DNA of 64,000 nt, from NCBI GenBank assembly GCA_965208725.1, contig CBDBPI010000001.1, forward strand, positions 732,687 to 796,686. Direction: 5' to 3'. Numbering within the stretch: the first letter of the stretch is position 1; the number at the start of each line of letters is the position of its first letter. The position numbers and the translations under genes are program-made. This stretch comes from Dehalococcoidia bacterium. GTDB taxonomy: Bacteria; Chloroflexota; Dehalococcoidia; Lucifugimonadales; GCA-2712585. Below the pieces are notes generated by a model. The model saw only the letters and a program-made list of their open reading frames with translations, made no database searches and was not told the DNA's origin. Shown in pieces: positions 40,051 through 47,962 of this stretch.

Positions 40051-42132
40051 CTAAGGCGCCCAAACAGAAAAATTGCGGAAGTCCACGTCTCGGTCGCTAT
40101 CAGCGAAAAAGCCGGAAATTGCGGCAACTGTGCCCGATTTCAGGTTCCCAGTTAGGTCGAGAATCGCTTCCAACTCCTCATTTACGAAAAACCATCCTGT
40201 GTTCCCCATGGCTATCAATAGCAGGTGGTTACGATCCAACGGACCCTCCCGCCAGCTGGACAGCCTGTCCAATGCCAATTCGGTGTATCCAGCCTCTCCA
40301 ACTTTCCTGCGGTCGTGAGACCACCATCCAGGGTTGTAAACGGAAATGACGTCAAGATGGTCGGACCCCGGACTTCTGATGAGATAGCCATAGTCCCACT
40401 CCCCGGTAGTCGGATTCGCAAATTCAGCCTCCGCCACAAAGTCACGCGTGTTCAGATTGCTGTCATCAGCCCCGATAGTTCCATCGCCGGGATCTATCGT
40501 CCCTGAGGTTGGGCCGTACTGCCGACGAAGGTCGTAACCCCGGAAGTTCTCGTATTCCGTTGATTCCCCGGCCCTCTCGCTGCCGATATAGGCGCCAGTT
40601 ATAATCGCCACGTCGCCGCTGACTTTGACATCACTCAGGTCAAAAGAAGCGATGAAGACTTCGTTGACGAAGAGCCAGCCCCTGTCCTCCAAGGCGACAA
40701 CCATTACGTGGTTCTGCTGCCCTGCCTGCAAATTCAAAATGGGCGCTTCACCGGCTGCAACCTGATTGTATGGGGCATCGATGCCGGATTTGACTGCCCA
40801 CCTCCCTAGACTGTCTACAATCACCTGCAGGAAAGGGGGATCGTCTTCAGAGCGGTCGTATCTCAGGAAGAAGCCGTAGGCCCAGAGGTGTTCGGAAGCG
40901 TCGTAGGGATTGGTAAACGTGGCCTCCACCATGAAGTCGTCCAGGGGAACGTCGGCAAATTTATCCTCGATGAATTCGTCGCCGGGGTTGTGCTCCAGCC
41001 GTCCACTCAGTGGCCCAAAGGCGTATGTCCCGCCGGGCGCCGGTTCAGGCGACGATTCCGGCATGGGTTCAGGCGTAGCCATCGGTGGAGGCGCGGTCTT
41101 GAGGGAATGCAGCTGTTCCTGAATGGTAGACGCAGCAATCGCGAAGTTTATTCCCTCCACAGGCCTGCCGTCTTGAGTCTCTTCAATACCGAAAGTATTG
41201 ATGCCCAGAATCTCGCCGGATTCAGAGAGCAAGGGTCCACCACTGTTTCCGGGATTGACCTCCGCATTTGTCTGAATAATGTAACTCAGGCGATTGTCGT
41301 GATATCGGATGGCGGAGAAGACACCGTCGCTAACGGGTGCCATTCCGGGAAGTGCAAGAGGATATCCCATAGCAAAAACTTTATCGCCGGGCTTGATTGC
41401 AAAGACGTCGCCAAAGGAAAGGGCGCGGAATGCGCCACAGCAGATCCGCAGCACAGCCAAGTCACGCACCGGATCCGTGCCCAGCGATTCAGCCTCATAC
41501 GTCAGCGAGTCGTTGACCTCTACCTCAACGATACTTGCGTCCTTAATTACATGGTCGTTGGTGAGAACGAAGGCTGCATCGCCATCCAACTCGAAAATCA
41601 CGCCCGATCCGGAGCCCATGTCAGTACGAATCCGCACCACTGAGGGTCGCACGTCTTCAATCATCGCGCTGATGGTCGGAGTCGGTTCGGGCGTAGGCTC
41701 CGGGGTTGGCTCCGGCGTCGGTTCCGGGGTGGGATCAGGCGTTGGCTCAGGGGTTGGAGTTGGAGTCGGCGTTGGCTCAGGTGTCGGGATGGGGGTGGGG
41801 GTTGCTGTCGGAGTCGGCGTTGGCGTGGGGCTTTTCGTGGGAGTAGGCGTGGCAGTCGGCGTCGGGACTGGTGTGGGAGTTGCCGTTGGAGTGGAAGAGG
41901 GAGTCGGCTCTGCAGTGGACGTTGGGGCAGGGATAGCAGTAGGGGTAGGAACGGGCGTAGTAATGGGGGTAGGACTTGGTTCCGGGGTCACGTAGATGAT
42001 TATGGGTGTTGGAGTAGCCGTAGGTGTGGGCGCAGGAGTGGTCGGCTGCGGGTTGACGGTAATGCAGGCGGCAGCGAGCAGAGTTACCACCGATAAAATA
42101 CAAGTGGGAAGAAGATTCTCTATTGGGCGCAT
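40051..42132 (-). CDS. lipoprotein S1C (HtrA/trypsin-like) serine protease on a PT stalk, with two C-terminal ConA/LamG-like repeats
   Basis: MRPIENLLPTCILSVVTLLAAAC lipobox; about 150 aa PT/PE stalk. TNDHVI, D, GNSGGPLL catalytic triad context. Duplicated F.(V/A)EA.F.NP...GW.FVNE module. Confidence 0.75.
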   Translation of the reverse strand: MRPIENLLPTCILSVVTLLAAACITVNPQPTTPAPTPTATPTPIIIYVTPEPSPTPITTPVPTPTAIPAPTSTAEPTPSSTPTATPTPVPTPTATPTPTKSPTPTPTPTATPTPIPTPEPTPTPTPTPEPTPDPTPEPTPEPTPEPTPEPTPTISAMIEDVRPSVVRIRTDMGSGSGVIFELDGDAAFVLTNDHVIKDASIVEVEVNDSLTYEAESLGTDPVRDLAVLRICCGAFRALSFGDVFAIKPGDKVFAMGYPLALPGMAPVSDGVFSAIRYHDNRLSYIIQTNAEVNPGNSGGPLLSESGEILGINTFGIEETQDGRPVEGINFAIAASTIQEQLHSLKTAPPPMATPEPMPESSPEPAPGGTYAFGPLSGRLEHNPGDEFIEDKFADVPLDDFMVEATFTNPYDASEHLWAYGFFLRYDRSEDDPPFLQVIVDSLGRWAVKSGIDAPYNQVAAGEAPILNLQAGQQNHVMVVALEDRGWLFVNEVFIASFDLSDVKVSGDVAIITGAYIGSERAGESTEYENFRGYDLRRQYGPTSGTIDPGDGTIGADDSNLNTRDFVAEAEFANPTTGEWDYGYLIRSPGSDHLDVISVYNPGWWSHDRRKVGEAGYTELALDRLSSWREGPLDRNHLLLIAMGNTGWFFVNEELEAILDLTGNLKSGTVAAISGFFADSDRDVDFRNFSVWAP
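41650..42050. repeat. codon tandem repeats encoding the PT/PE stalk
   Basis: (PTPEPT)n on the minus strand; the antisense frame reads (GVGS)n. Confidence 0.8.
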
Positions 42133-42312
42133 GAAGGTTTCTATGGAGCGGTTCGCAATAGATGCGGCTAGCAATTGTATCAAACATCTCTAACCGCAAT
42201 CGCACCCCCACATTGCGCCATTCCTCATTATTCGACCCACTCAAAACTGCCAGCCCTTTCCCCAACTCCTCATCCTCGAAATTGGGGTTTTTAGTAACGA
42301 AGTTTTCTCACA

Positions 42313-44115
42313 CTACGTATACCTGTCTGCGGCAACTCTGTATTCGTTGTAGGCCCTGATGTATGCATCGTAAGCGCTGCTGTACGCTTGGTATAGGCCA
42401 ACAACCAGAGCATAAGGTCCGGGAGCTAGAGTACAGCGCCTTCCGCTTGTAGGGTAGAAACCGCAATACAGAAAATAGGCATCCCTATAGGCTTTCAATG
42501 CTCTTCGCATCTCTGTCTCAGCCCTGTCCAGGGCCTCTCGATAAGGACGCATTAGCTCATCTTCGATTCGGGTTTGCTCCGTATCGTTCCCTCCCTTGTT
42601 CACTTGCAGAATCAGGTAGTTGATAGCGGAGAAGGGGAACCAGCAAGGGTCAGGATTCGTGTTTGCGTCCCCTTGAAACCTGAAATACCAGGTGCCATCT
42701 CTTAGCTCTTTTTCTATCACCCTGTGGGCGATGCCCCTGCCGCCTCTCATAGCGGAACAAGAACTCGGACTGAACACGGCAATTGATCCTACACTGACCT
42801 GGGAAGCCGTAAAATCTCTGGTAGCTGTGGCTGAGTCTCTACAGGTGATGGTTGGCCTCATGCTGCCTGTACAAGCAAAGATCAGGATTACGGTACCAGT
42901 CCCCCCACTGCTCGGATCTGGAGACTTCACCTCTTCAACGTATATGTCTCCCCCACTATCATCTGCATCTGAAGAATCTTCAGAAGACTCCCATTTCAGA
43001 TAGTCATCGACAGTGATGGCGCCCGGACAAGCCAACGCCAAGCTCAGGTAAAAGCTGAATCCCCTTTGGCCTCCTTCCAGGAACTCCCAAACCCCTGCTC
43101 CAGCTACCAAACAGCTTTCTATCCCCTCTATCTTCTCTCCCAGGTTCCCGTAGTATGGAGCGCCCAAATGAGTCGCGACCAACAGGTCCCTCACATCCTC
43201 AGACACTTCCTTCGGCTCGGAATCAGGATTGGTAGGGTCCCAACATTCCGGTTCCACTTCCCACAGGACTAGGGAATGAACAGGCCCCTGATAATACATG
43301 TCATCCAGGCGAATTCTATTGAAACCTGCGTTTCTTCTGTAGAACCCGGTTCTGCCCGATTCATAGAAATCCCCGGCATACAGCTCCGACACTTCCGCAT
43401 AATCGGAAACCACGTCAACAGGGGCACAATGGAGCCTCCTCGATAGCTCCCCCGCCTTCAACATTGCTTCAACCAAAACTTCTTCAACTTGCTCGACGAA
43501 GGTAGACGAAGAAATGGGTTCAGGCTCTGGTGCAGGGGTTGGAACCGGCTCTGGCGTTTGTTCAGGTGTAGGCTCTGGCGTCGGTTCCGGGGTGGGTTCA
43601 GGTGTGGGCGTCGGCGTCGGCGTTGGCTCCGGGGTTGGTTCAGGGGTCGGTTCTGGCGTTGGCTCAGGTGTGGGCGTCGGCGTAGGCTCTGGTGTCGGTT
43701 CCGGGGTGGGATCTGGAGTGGGCGTCGGCGTAGGCTCGGGTGTCGGTTCCGGGGTGGGATCTGGGGTGGGCGTCGGCGTAGGCTCGGGCGTTGGCGACGG
43801 AGTTGGAATCGGCGTAGGCGTGGCTGTCGGAGTCGCGGTTGGCGTGGGAGTTGCCGTTGGGGTAGGTGTGGAAGTCGGTGCAGCCGTGGGTGCAGCGGTA
43901 GGTGTTGAAGCGGGGACAGCCGTAGGGGTTGGGACCTGGGTCGCAATGGGCGTAGGACTCGGCCCCGGAGTCACGTAGATGATTATGGGCGTGGGAGTAG
44001 CGGTAGGCGTGGACTCAGAAGTGGTCGGCTGCGGGTTGACGGTAATGCAAGCCGCAGCGAGCAAAGACACCGCCACCAAAACGCAAGTGGGAAAAAGATT
44101 CTCTATTGGGCGCAT
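42313..44115 (-). CDS. lipoprotein with PT stalk, unknown middle domain and C-terminal SipW-type (S26B-like) peptidase domain
   Basis: Leader MRPIENLFPTCVLVAVSLLAAAC; about 170 aa stalk. GSMRPTI ... GSIAVF ... IAHRVI ... FQGDANTNPD resembles the Ser/His signal peptidase boxes of the SipW/Sec11 type. Confidence 0.6.
   Translation of the reverse strand: MRPIENLFPTCVLVAVSLLAAACITVNPQPTTSESTPTATPTPIIIYVTPGPSPTPIATQVPTPTAVPASTPTAAPTAAPTSTPTPTATPTPTATPTATPTPIPTPSPTPEPTPTPTPDPTPEPTPEPTPTPTPDPTPEPTPEPTPTPTPEPTPEPTPEPTPEPTPTPTPTPEPTPEPTPEPTPEQTPEPVPTPAPEPEPISSSTFVEQVEEVLVEAMLKAGELSRRLHCAPVDVVSDYAEVSELYAGDFYESGRTGFYRRNAGFNRIRLDDMYYQGPVHSLVLWEVEPECWDPTNPDSEPKEVSEDVRDLLVATHLGAPYYGNLGEKIEGIESCLVAGAGVWEFLEGGQRGFSFYLSLALACPGAITVDDYLKWESSEDSSDADDSGGDIYVEEVKSPDPSSGGTGTVILIFACTGSMRPTITCRDSATATRDFTASQVSVGSIAVFSPSSCSAMRGGRGIAHRVIEKELRDGTWYFRFQGDANTNPDPCWFPFSAINYLILQVNKGGNDTEQTRIEDELMRPYREALDRAETEMRRALKAYRDAYFLYCGFYPTSGRRCTLAPGPYALVVGLYQAYSSAYDAYIRAYNEYRVAADRYT
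43510..44035. repeat. codon tandem repeats encoding the PT/PE stalk
   Basis: (PEPTPT)n on the minus strand; the antisense frame reads (GVGS)n. Confidence 0.8.
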
Positions 44116-44273
44116 GGGAGTCTCTACGGTGTGGCACGCAATTTATGCGGCTTGCAATTGTATCAAACATCCCTAACCCCAATCCCACTCCCCCATCCCG
44201 CCATTTCCACCTCTTCACCTCCACCCAAAACCACCAGCCAGCCCACCGACGTAACATATGTGACTCCCACCCC

Positions 44274-44308
44274 TTGACTTGAAGGTACACCTGTTCTATC
44301 ATTAGAAC
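44274..44308 (+). promoter_or_regulatory. promoter plus overlapping palindrome upstream of phage-like module 1
   Basis: TTGACT (44274-44279), 17-nt spacer, TATCAT (44297-44302). Inverted repeat GTTCTA-tcat-TAGAAC (44293-44308) overlaps the -10. Confidence 0.45.
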
Positions 44309-44345
44309 ATCTCAGCTAGCAGGTGACAGTCGATGGAGGCAATTC

Positions 44346-44663
44346 TTGACTTTCGGATGGGAGATGGCCCTGGTTCTTCAGAGCTGCGTTACCGCCCTCG
44401 CCAGCGGGTTCAACGCCCTCCGGTTCCTCGCGTACCCGACCCACGGACGGCCACATCGCCGGTGGGCCTTGTACGCCCTTCTGACGGTCAGCCTCGCCTT
44501 CCTGGTTCAGAGCCTCTACCTCGGCCTCCTGCCCTGGGTGGCGGGACTTCAAGCGGAAGTCCTGGCCACGCCCAGAATCAGGTTTATGGTCGGCGCGCTG
44601 CCCATGGTCGCATCCGTCCTCGTGCTGAGTTTCATTCTGCGCCGATGGAAAAAAAGGAGATAG
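44346..44663 (+). CDS. small 3-TM membrane protein with basic C-terminus (holin-like topology)
   Basis: Three hydrophobic helices; ends RRWKKRR. First gene of a translationally coupled operon ending in TerL. The start may be the ATG at 44364. Confidence 0.5.
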   Translation: MTFGWEMALVLQSCVTALASGFNALRFLAYPTHGRPHRRWALYALLTVSLAFLVQSLYLGLLPWVAGLQAEVLATPRIRFMVGALPMVASVLVLSFILRRWKKRR

Positions 44664-44667
44664 TTCG

Positions 44668-44814
44668 ATGACCCTGGACCGGATAGTTGCGGAAGAAGAG
44701 TGGGAGTTGATGTCGCTGTGTCTTCTGCTCGGCATGCTCAGGTCCTCCCTGGCCATGCCGGAAGACGCCTTGACGGAACTTCTGGAAGTACTCGAAGGCG
44801 ACCTTGATGAGTAG
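44668..44814 (+). CDS. small hypothetical protein (48 aa, below the ORF-track cutoff)
   Basis: AGGAG 8 nt upstream of the ATG. The stop overlaps the next gene's start. Reads MTLDRIVAEEEWELMSLCLLLGML... Confidence 0.4.
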   Translation: MTLDRIVAEEEWELMSLCLLLGMLRSSLAMPEDALTELLEVLEGDLDE

Positions 44815-45127
44815 CAAGATCGCGGAAATAGTCCCCAATGATTTCTACGCCGACGTGCTTTCGGAGGCCGAACGCGTCCGCATGGAGGCGGCAAGAGAGA
44901 TGCAGGGCATAGACGAAGAGGTAGCAATTCTCCGAATCAAACTGCGAGACCAGATTATGCAGCATCCCGAAAAGGCAGAGCTGCTCTTCAAAGGGATGAA
45001 CATGCTAACCAAAGCCGTATCCACCCAATACAAGCTCTCCCCCAAGTCGCAGGACGACCTGAACGACAGCATCATCGGCGTCATCAACGGCATCGGACGG
45101 GAACTCTGGCCGGAGGGCGGGGAGTGA
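44804..45127 (+). CDS. hypothetical helical protein upstream of terminase (small-terminase role possible but unsupported)
   Basis: 107 aa. Coupled to neighbours by overlapping stop/start codons on both sides. Confidence 0.5.
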   Translation: MMSSKIAEIVPNDFYADVLSEAERVRMEAAREMQGIDEEVAILRIKLRDQIMQHPEKAELLFKGMNMLTKAVSTQYKLSPKSQDDLNDSIIGVINGIGRELWPEGGE

Positions 45128-45345
45128 GTCGCAAGAGCATCGGCAAAGCCCTGCGCAGGTTATCGGCAAGAATGCGCCGCCGTCCGTCCTCGGACCTTCG
45201 GCAGGTATCCCCGGAGGCGCTCCTCGACCTCCGCGTAAAACTTCTCGAAAAACAATTGGATGAAGTGAAAGGGCGCGTCAACGCCCTGATGCTTATTATT
45301 CTGGCCGCCGTCATTACCGACGTGGTAATGCGCGCGGTGACATAG
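45124..45345 (+). CDS. tail-anchored coiled-coil membrane protein (XhlA-like architecture)
   Basis: Basic N-terminus, coiled coil (LLDLRVKLLEKQLDEVKGRV), C-terminal TM LMLIILAAVITDVVM. GTGA overlap with the upstream gene. Confidence 0.45.
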   Translation: MSRKSIGKALRRLSARMRRRPSSDLRQVSPEALLDLRVKLLEKQLDEVKGRVNALMLIILAAVITDVVMRAVT

Positions 45346-45357
45346 AAGGAGGACGAC

Positions 45358-46746
45358 ATGAGCGACCGATACCCTCTGCGAAAATATCAACTGGACATAG
45401 GCCGCGCCATCGGGGAAAGCGTGGCCCACCGTAAGGGCCTTACCCTCACCGTGGAGATCGCCCGCCAGGGTGGAAAGAACGAGCTTTCCGCCCAGCTGGC
45501 CGCCCTTTACCTCACCATGGGCCAGTATTACGGCGGCAACATGATCAAGGCCGCGCCCACCTTCCTGCCCCAGTGCCTCATCAGCATGAACCGCCTCAAG
45601 GATCGGCTGAACGACGCCGGCTACCGTGGCCACTGGCGCATGGATTCGGGAAACGCCGTGGTCCTCGGCAAGGGCAGGCAAATCTTCCTCAGCGCCGAGC
45701 CCGACGCCAACGTGGTAGGCAACACGGCCCACATCCTGCTGGAGATGGACGAGGCCCAGGACATCGAATCCGAAAAATACCACAAGGAGTTCCGTCCTAT
45801 GGGCGCCTCCACCAACGTCACCACCGTCCTCTACGGCACCCCCTGGGACGGACACTCCCTGCTGGAGGAAGTCGCTCAAGCCAACCTGGAATTGGAGCGA
45901 AAAGACGGCGTAAAGCGCCACTTCTCCGTGCCCTGGGATGAAGTGGCACAGCACAGCCCGTCCTACCGCCAATACGTGGAGGCTGAGCGGGAGCGCATGG
46001 GCGAAAACCACCCCCTCTTCCGCACCCAGTACCTGCTCCTGCCCATCTCCGGTCGCGGCGGCCTCTTCACCGCCGGCGACACCTCCCAACTTCAGGGCGC
46101 CCACCCCCGTCTCAGCAGCCCAACCCGGGGCGCCGTCTACGTGGCGGGCTTGGACGTGGGCGGCGGAGTCGATAGCCTGTCAATATCGGACCGCAGGCCC
46201 GACTCCACCGTGTTGACCATCGGCGAACTGAACTTCTCCACCACCGACGCCATCAATCGCGACCCTGCCGTCCGCGTGGTGGAGCACTACGAGTGGCGGG
46301 GAATGCCCCACCACTCCCTCTATCCCCGGCTGGTGGACCTGCTCAAGAACGTCTGGCGTTGCCGAAGGGTTGTCGTCGACGCCACCGGCATGGGCGAAGG
46401 GGTTGCCAGCGTCTTGTCGAAGGCCCTCGGCTCCAGCGCCGTAACATCGCTCCGATTCAGCGCCCAGAGCAAGTCGCGGCTGGGCTACGATCTGCTGTCG
46501 GCGGTCAACTCCGGCCGCCTGAAGATGTATGCCCGCGACGGTTCCGAGGAGTGGGCCGAATTCTGGCGTCAGGCTACCTCAGCCCGCGTCCAGTACCGGA
46601 TGAACAAGACCATGAACTTCTACGTGGAGGAATCCCAGGGCCACGACGATTACTTGAACAGCCTGGCCTTACTGGTCGAGGCGGGCAAGTACCTCCCCAG
46701 GGTAGCCAAAGGCCGCCCCCGCGAACGCCAGCTGGCAATGGTCTGA
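45358..46746 (+). CDS. phage terminase large subunit-like protein
   Basis: Walker A-like ARQGGKNE, Walker B ILLEMDEAQD. C-terminal RNase H-like acidic motifs (VAGLDVGGG, VVVDATGMG, GHDDYLNS). Strong SD AAGGAGG. Confidence 0.7.
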   Translation: MSDRYPLRKYQLDIGRAIGESVAHRKGLTLTVEIARQGGKNELSAQLAALYLTMGQYYGGNMIKAAPTFLPQCLISMNRLKDRLNDAGYRGHWRMDSGNAVVLGKGRQIFLSAEPDANVVGNTAHILLEMDEAQDIESEKYHKEFRPMGASTNVTTVLYGTPWDGHSLLEEVAQANLELERKDGVKRHFSVPWDEVAQHSPSYRQYVEAERERMGENHPLFRTQYLLLPISGRGGLFTAGDTSQLQGAHPRLSSPTRGAVYVAGLDVGGGVDSLSISDRRPDSTVLTIGELNFSTTDAINRDPAVRVVEHYEWRGMPHHSLYPRLVDLLKNVWRCRRVVVDATGMGEGVASVLSKALGSSAVTSLRFSAQSKSRLGYDLLSAVNSGRLKMYARDGSEEWAEFWRQATSARVQYRMNKTMNFYVEESQGHDDYLNSLALLVEAGKYLPRVAKGRPRERQLAMV

Positions 46747-46753
46747 GCCTAGG

Positions 46754-47044
46754 CTAATCCCCCAACCGCGCCGCTAATTCCTCGTGGGAGATGAGGTTGC
46801 CCTCCCGCATATCTTTGATCCCTTCACGAATGCCGCCCATCATCTCCTCATCTTCCATAATCTCCATCGTTTCCACGATGGATTCATACAGATCCCATGG
46901 GATAACGACCAACACCGGCTTTCCCCTCTTGGTCAACGCAACGGCGCGCTTTTCCTCCGTAAGCTTTTCCGGCAGGCGGGCAAGCATTCCGCGCGCCGCG
47001 GTGATTGGAATGCCTTCCATTCCAATATTCTCATCGATAACCAT
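46754..47044 (-). CDS. Phd/YefM-like antitoxin
   Basis: ALTKRGKPVLVVIPWDLYESIVETMEI pattern. Located downstream of its toxin. Confidence 0.65.
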   Translation of the reverse strand: MVIDENIGMEGIPITAARGMLARLPEKLTEEKRAVALTKRGKPVLVVIPWDLYESIVETMEIMEDEEMMGGIREGIKDMREGNLISHEELAARLGD

Positions 47045-47054
47045 GTCTGTTCTC

Positions 47055-47381
47055 CTATGTCGGGGGGCCTAAATGCCCGAGCCTGATTAACCTTATTGTC
47101 ACGTAGTAAACGTCTTTTCTTGATCCACTGTGCCTCATTCCGACGTTTATCACGATAACTCTTTCAAGAGTATCGTCTACGTAGTATATAATGCGGTACC
47201 TTTGCCCAACAGCCCTAACTGTCCGGTAACCAACCAATTCATCCTGTAGTGGTTTCCCCTGTTTGTCCGGCTCTTGGGATAGTCTGCCGGCTCGCCTCAA
47301 GATGACGGTTTGTACCCGTCTATCAGGTATCGAATTGATTGCTCTTAGTGCTGCTGCGGTATATTGAATGTCATAGGCCAT
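47055..47381 (-). CDS. RelE/ParE-family toxin
   Basis: ...GYRTVRAVGQRYRIIYYVDDTLERVIVINVGMRHS...; low GC. Confidence 0.7.
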   Translation of the reverse strand: MAYDIQYTAAALRAINSIPDRRVQTVILRRAGRLSQEPDKQGKPLQDELVGYRTVRAVGQRYRIIYYVDDTLERVIVINVGMRHSGSRKDVYYVTIRLIRLGHLGPPT

Positions 47382-47386
47382 AATAC

Positions 47387-47959
47387 TTGCAGGCGAAACA
47401 AGTGCGCAATATAGTACATTCTATCGGACAAATGCAAGCGACGGCAATCCAAACCAAAACCCGCGCGCGAATCATCCTCGCGTGCCTCACTACCCTCTTC
47501 CTGCTCGCCTGCATGGGCCATCAGGAGGTGGCGCAGACAGAAACCGCTCCCCCATCAACCCCGATAATCGAAGCTGAAGCGACCATCGCCTCCTGCACCT
47601 TCTACCTGGAAGTCGCAGACACCTCTCAGGAACGGGCGCAGGGCCTCATGGGCAGGGAATCCCTCGGCCACGACCGAGGCATGATATTCATCTTCCAGAG
47701 CGAGCAGACCCTCAGCTTCTGGATGCGAAACACTCTCATCCCCCTGGACATACTCTTCATGGACAAAGACCTAACCGTCGTCAACGTACAGACCATGCGC
47801 CCTGAGCACGAAACTGACGGGGATTCCCTTCCCATCCACTCTTCCGCCGCACCCGCCCTCTACGCCATCGAAATCAACGAAGGAATGGCCGCCGAATGCG
47901 GCATCAAGCCGGGAGCGTCCGTCGTCCTGCGCGAAATCAGCCCCGAAGCTGCGCAGTAA
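47387..47959 (+). CDS. DUF192 domain lipoprotein
   Basis: LFLLAC lipobox; ERAQGLMGR..., GMIFIF, FWMRNTLIPLDILF. Start uncertain (TTG 47387 or ATG 47432). Confidence 0.75.
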   Translation: MQAKQVRNIVHSIGQMQATAIQTKTRARIILACLTTLFLLACMGHQEVAQTETAPPSTPIIEAEATIASCTFYLEVADTSQERAQGLMGRESLGHDRGMIFIFQSEQTLSFWMRNTLIPLDILFMDKDLTVVNVQTMRPEHETDGDSLPIHSSAAPALYAIEINEGMAAECGIKPGASVVLREISPEAAQ

Positions 47960-47962
47960 CCC

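Noticed and set aside
44316-44927. 203-aa minus-strand ORF across the start of phage-like module 1
   Set aside because: It is antisense to a chain of plus-strand ORFs that have SDs and overlapping stop/start coupling. Its product is Ser/Arg/Pro-rich with no motifs.
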